Origin: Myxococcales bacterium | Lineage (GTDB): Bacteria; Myxococcota_A; Bradymonadia; Bradymonadales; Bradymonadaceae | Assembly (NCBI GenBank): GCA_007119595.1 | Contig: SKPJ01000178.1 | Location: 1-40,283 of the forward strand | DNA length: 40,283 bases | Reading direction: 5' to 3' | Part shown: in pieces, positions 36,760 through 40,283 of the stretch | How positions within the stretch are numbered: position 1 is the stretch's first letter | Layout: each line of letters begins with the position of its first letter | Made by a program: the position numbers and the translations under genes | The notes under the pieces: generated by a model | Database searches by the model: none | What the model was told of the DNA's origin: nothing | The model's input: the letters and a program-made list of their open reading frames with translations, nothing else

Positions 36760-39219
36760 TCAATCGCGCTCTATATCCAGGGCTATAGTGACATAAGGAT
36801 AGGGCGCACCAATCCGACTTCTAAACCACAGCAGGCGTGTCGGTTGGGGGCCAGCCCATAGGGGGTGATTCGGGTTTTGCAGCAAGATGCTCAACATCAC
36901 CAACTGCTCCCACATCAGTTCGGTCTCCCCGGTCTCCACCACCACCGCCACTTCTCCGCGACCGGCGCGCCAGGTCGCGACGGTGGGCATGACCGACAGG
37001 AGTCGCTCGAAGATTTCTCGCCTATCCTCTCCTTCCCCAACGCAGATGGTGGGTCCCGCCGTCCGGCAACCGTCGATGGGTTTAAGCGCCACGCTATCTT
37101 CAACGATCTGAATACCGTCACTCCGGAGGTGTACGCCGATCTTTGGTGGGTCGGAGGCCACGGATGCAAACGGCGGTGGCCACGTCGAATCGACCTTCAA
37201 TGTAGACCACGCAAGCCGCTGTTCAGCCATGGATTCCGACGTCACCAACGGTCGAATAAACTGTGGCGATGCCCCGCCTCTTGGAGTCCATAGCCGCAGG
37301 ACCGTCGCGGCGTCCATTCCGCCCGGTGCAACCAATCCAACGGTGGATACGGCCTGGTCTCTTAGCTCATCATCGGCACTGGCGAGTGCCAATGGGGTGC
37401 GCATCGAAAGGTTTTGAAGCCGATCGACGAAGAGCTGCTGGTGTGCTGAGTCCGCCAGTTCCCCGGCGCGCCCAATCAAGCGATCGCCGACATATAGTCG
37501 CTGGTTCTCATCGATGGTGATGTAGGTGTGGACCACATCGCCAAATGTCGTGGAGGGACGCTGTGCATCGAGAGCAGCGCCCCCATCGGGCAGATCGGCC
37601 GTGGCTGCTCGCTGCAGCCGCGCGGAATACTCACAGGCCAGGCGTTCGCCCATCGAACAGGATTCTCCGTAGAGAGTCACCGCTCCTTCCAATCGTCCAC
37701 GGCGCTCGGCCTGCAGGCCCAGATACCACAGATGGCGGCTCACCACGACGGAGAGCTGTGGCAATTGAGGGTGATGCCTCTCACACCGACGGGCTTGTTC
37801 CAATACGGAGAGAATTCGCCGATCCAATATTCCACGCCCCTCACGGGGGGTAATGCGCTGCAATTGCCCCAGACTTTGAGTGGCAAAAAGCCGCACGTCG
37901 AATGCGCACGACGGTAGCCGGTCCAACTCCACGGCAACCTCCGGCAACGACCGATGCCCCTCGACGAGCACTTCCCCGTCGAGATCCTCCGCCTTGGATT
38001 GGAGTACTTCATAGGTCCCACCGGCGGATACTCGCCGCTGTAATACGTCTCCACCGCGATCAAAGAGAGCGGCCAGTAATTGGGCGAATCCACAGGAATC
38101 CTGAAGCAGCACGCCGACCGACTCCAGGGGCTGTTGTTGCGCCTCTTTGAGAGCCAATGGTTCACATATCGTGTCGTCCGGGGCTGGATTCTCATCATCT
38201 GCTTTGCCCCATCGCGATCGGGTTGTCACCGCCGATACCGTTTCGGGCCCATCATCGAGATGAAGTTCTACGGTAGCGTCTGCATACACCGATTGTATCT
38301 GGTGGAACTCGTGAAACACATCGGCCGCTCGGTGATTGCTCTGAGCCCAGAAATGCATCAGATGGGACGTAGTTGCTCTATTCTCGCCGACCGATGCGAC
38401 ATATCTATCGAATGCCGTGGCCGCCTGGTGAATCGCCATCAACTGCCCGATGCGGCGGTAATCAATGTGGAGTGAAAGCGGGGCCTCTGAGCGGGCGAAT
38501 TGGCTTCGCGCCGCCGAATTGCTCCGCCCCGACTGTTGACCGGGCGCATTGAGGAGATGAAAAAAGGCGGTGGCGTCGTCGCCCTGCAAGTCGGGATGAA
38601 GTGGCACTCCAAAATCAATCACCACCCGGTCGCCGCTGATCTGCGACTGCCAGGCAACCCCCTGTTCCCGAGATAACTTCCATTGCAGTTGACGCTGCAA
38701 TGCATCGGCTCCTCCCTCGCCTGCCGGTAGCACCAGACGGACATGAAACCACTGTGGATACCACTCCAGCGGTACGATCGGCGACTGGGATATATGGTCC
38801 ATAAACTCGGAGCTTCCGAGCGGTGTCAAAGCCAGATAGGCCGCCGAATCCCTATCCAATTCCGTCGGCGCTGTACCATCGATTAGCGTCCCCGCCAGGA
38901 CATCGAGCATCCTTTGTGCCACCCGATCATCATCGCCGTGTATCCCGGCCAACAATTGGCGTATCACGCCCTGTGTGGCGGCCAATGACTCCTCGACATA
39001 AGCCGGATCATCGAGTTGAACTCGAAGCATCAGAGCAGCCGACGCGACAAGCGGATCAACGGGGTCTACCTGTGGCCTGGGCGTTTCTGCTCGGGTCGCC
39101 GGCTCCGGGGCCGTCGTGGTGCTACAGCCCATAACGCAGATCAGAAAGCAGATCAGAAAAAGGACCACCCATCGCACTATTAGCCCGATCGATTTACGGG
39201 AACTCCACCTCATCGGCAT
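36760..39219 (-). CDS. Large lipoprotein of unknown function (orphan-like).
   Basis: The ORF is 819 aa. The signal peptide ends in the lipobox ICVMGC. The frame is long and uninterrupted, and its residue composition looks like that of the neighbouring genes by eye. I recognise no catalytic or repeat motif. Confidence 0.7.
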   Translation of the reverse strand: MPMRWSSRKSIGLIVRWVVLFLICFLICVMGCSTTTAPEPATRAETPRPQVDPVDPLVASAALMLRVQLDDPAYVEESLAATQGVIRQLLAGIHGDDDRVAQRMLDVLAGTLIDGTAPTELDRDSAAYLALTPLGSSEFMDHISQSPIVPLEWYPQWFHVRLVLPAGEGGADALQRQLQWKLSREQGVAWQSQISGDRVVIDFGVPLHPDLQGDDATAFFHLLNAPGQQSGRSNSAARSQFARSEAPLSLHIDYRRIGQLMAIHQAATAFDRYVASVGENRATTSHLMHFWAQSNHRAADVFHEFHQIQSVYADATVELHLDDGPETVSAVTTRSRWGKADDENPAPDDTICEPLALKEAQQQPLESVGVLLQDSCGFAQLLAALFDRGGDVLQRRVSAGGTYEVLQSKAEDLDGEVLVEGHRSLPEVAVELDRLPSCAFDVRLFATQSLGQLQRITPREGRGILDRRILSVLEQARRCERHHPQLPQLSVVVSRHLWYLGLQAERRGRLEGAVTLYGESCSMGERLACEYSARLQRAATADLPDGGAALDAQRPSTTFGDVVHTYITIDENQRLYVGDRLIGRAGELADSAHQQLFVDRLQNLSMRTPLALASADDELRDQAVSTVGLVAPGGMDAATVLRLWTPRGGASPQFIRPLVTSESMAEQRLAWSTLKVDSTWPPPFASVASDPPKIGVHLRSDGIQIVEDSVALKPIDGCRTAGPTICVGEGEDRREIFERLLSVMPTVATWRAGRGEVAVVVETGETELMWEQLVMLSILLQNPNHPLWAGPQPTRLLWFRSRIGAPYPYVTIALDIERD

Positions 39220-39328
39220 CCAATGCTGCTTGTATTGTCATCGTCGATGCATCTGTCTCAACATAGCAGAGACGCCGGCTTCTTCCCGACGCCCCCGGAA
39301 TCTCCCACCGCCGAGACAGACAACCGGT

Positions 39329-39922
39329 TCATCCCAATAGATGTGCCACGAGAAGTCCCAACACCACGAGATAGCCCAAGATCGTCGGCAGCATGGTCAG
39401 GGTCATCCCCAACGCCCGCCCCTTTGCTCCCTCTGGGTAGCCCCGATAAAACAGGATTCGTCCCACCGCAAAAAACACAACCGCTACACAGATCAAGGCC
39501 AACCACGGACCACCGGCTAGGGCGGCCAGACCGGCGAAAAAACCCACACTGAGAACGGCCTGCTCCAGCGTATTTTGCAAAAACGCGGCCTTGATGGCGA
39601 GCTGGTCACTCGGCGGACCGGCTGCCGAGCCACCGATATCCTCGGCGGATTGCCGGCGCCCCGTGGAGACCATCATCACCCCGATCAACACCCATACCAG
39701 CACAAATACACTGGCGATGGCCGCAAACGCCAATCGCTCGCTCAATCCCGTCGGAAAATCGACGACATAATTCAGTCCGTAATACGCCCCCACAAAGGCC
39801 ACCACATTGGCGACAAAGGCAATCGTCCCTGCCCGTTGAATCGCCCGCTCCTCGTCATCCAGGTTCACCTCTTCAGGGGGCTTTAAATAGTCTCGTTCAC
39901 TCATCATTACCACCGGTTGCAA
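39329..39922 (-). CDS. MAPEG-family integral membrane protein (start may be the Met at residue 6 or 7).
   Basis: The ORF is 197 aa with four predicted TM segments. QNTLEQAVL and FFAVGRILFYRGYPEGAKGRALGM resemble the MAPEG (microsomal glutathione-transferase-like) signature. Confidence 0.6.
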   Translation of the reverse strand: MQPVVMMSERDYLKPPEEVNLDDEERAIQRAGTIAFVANVVAFVGAYYGLNYVVDFPTGLSERLAFAAIASVFVLVWVLIGVMMVSTGRRQSAEDIGGSAAGPPSDQLAIKAAFLQNTLEQAVLSVGFFAGLAALAGGPWLALICVAVVFFAVGRILFYRGYPEGAKGRALGMTLTMLPTILGYLVVLGLLVAHLLG

Positions 39923-40283
39923 TAATCAGTTCCGGGCCGAGCCAATTGGATATATCCCCTAAAAAAGACGCCCTTTCTACATATTAGCATGGATACACCT
40001 CATCTCATCCTACACCTCCAACACCACGAGGCGACGATCCAACGTCGAGAGCTTTCTTACACACAAGGGAAAAACGTGCATTTCATCTCCCTCCAAAAAA
40101 AGCCGTATGTCGGTTATGAAGGCCATCCTGTGATGTATTCGCACAGGTAATAAGTACTACGTCGTGAGCAGAAGTTGAGTGAAGCGTCTGCGCGCCGAGA
40201 GCACGTCGAAGCGGCGTTGCGGCTCGCTCGACGATGCTACATCGCATCGCCTCGTCGCCGCGCCTTGTCCGACGCACACTCGA

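Noticed and set aside
39923-40283. An AT-richer, ORF-poor 360-bp stretch at the right edge with small hairpins (cctgtg...cacagg at about 40128-40148). I considered it as a small RNA or the start of an RNA operon.
   Set aside because: It has no similarity by eye to the 5' ends of tmRNA, RNase P, SRP, 6S or rRNA. It is most simply the promoter and 5' region of the MAPEG gene and of whatever lies beyond the window. The listed 64-aa ORF (40083-40277) has no support.

Overview
This is a roughly 60% GC bacterial chromosomal segment. Its protein content suggests a Myxococcota or Bradymonadia-like deltaproteobacterium: many eukaryote-like kinases, a MYXO-CTERM-like sorting tail, acidic cysteine-rich lipoproteins. 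That taxonomic call is inference only. I support about 25 protein genes, one tRNA, two strong and one weaker intrinsic terminator, and a few candidate promoter or operator sites. Housekeeping genes (miaE-like, murJ, thiS-thiG-thiE, an HU/IHF-family gene, GT2 and UbiA-family envelope enzymes, a kce/kal-like pair) are interleaved with two accessory blocks of secreted lipoproteins. Block 1 (5161-11831) holds two paralogous lipoproteins, each a cysteine-module array fused to GLUG repeats, tightly flanking a DUF1853 PD-(D/E)xK-like gene. A pseudokinase-STAND-TPR-Fis-HTH regulator sits next to this block. Block 2 (25510-35408) holds five lipoprotein genes: two Ig x3-PKD-YfaP-like paralogs, a protein made almost entirely of DxDC cysteine repeats, and a cysteine-module/neutral-ceramidase-like fusion translationally coupled to a small lipoprotein. 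Block 2 is my best candidate for an undescribed system, possibly a cell-surface lipid- or envelope-processing module, but I cannot assign it to any known system. Other notable points: the single tRNA is a type II tRNA-Leu whose anticodon loop reads AAG (A34), which is unusual for bacteria. The ORF directly downstream of it begins inside the tRNA gene and lacks a signal peptide despite its C-terminal sorting signal. The thiS leader has no recognisable TPP riboswitch. I found no CRISPR array, transposase, integrase, reverse transcriptase or rRNA. All family assignments rest on motif recognition by eye and need HMM or BLAST confirmation.
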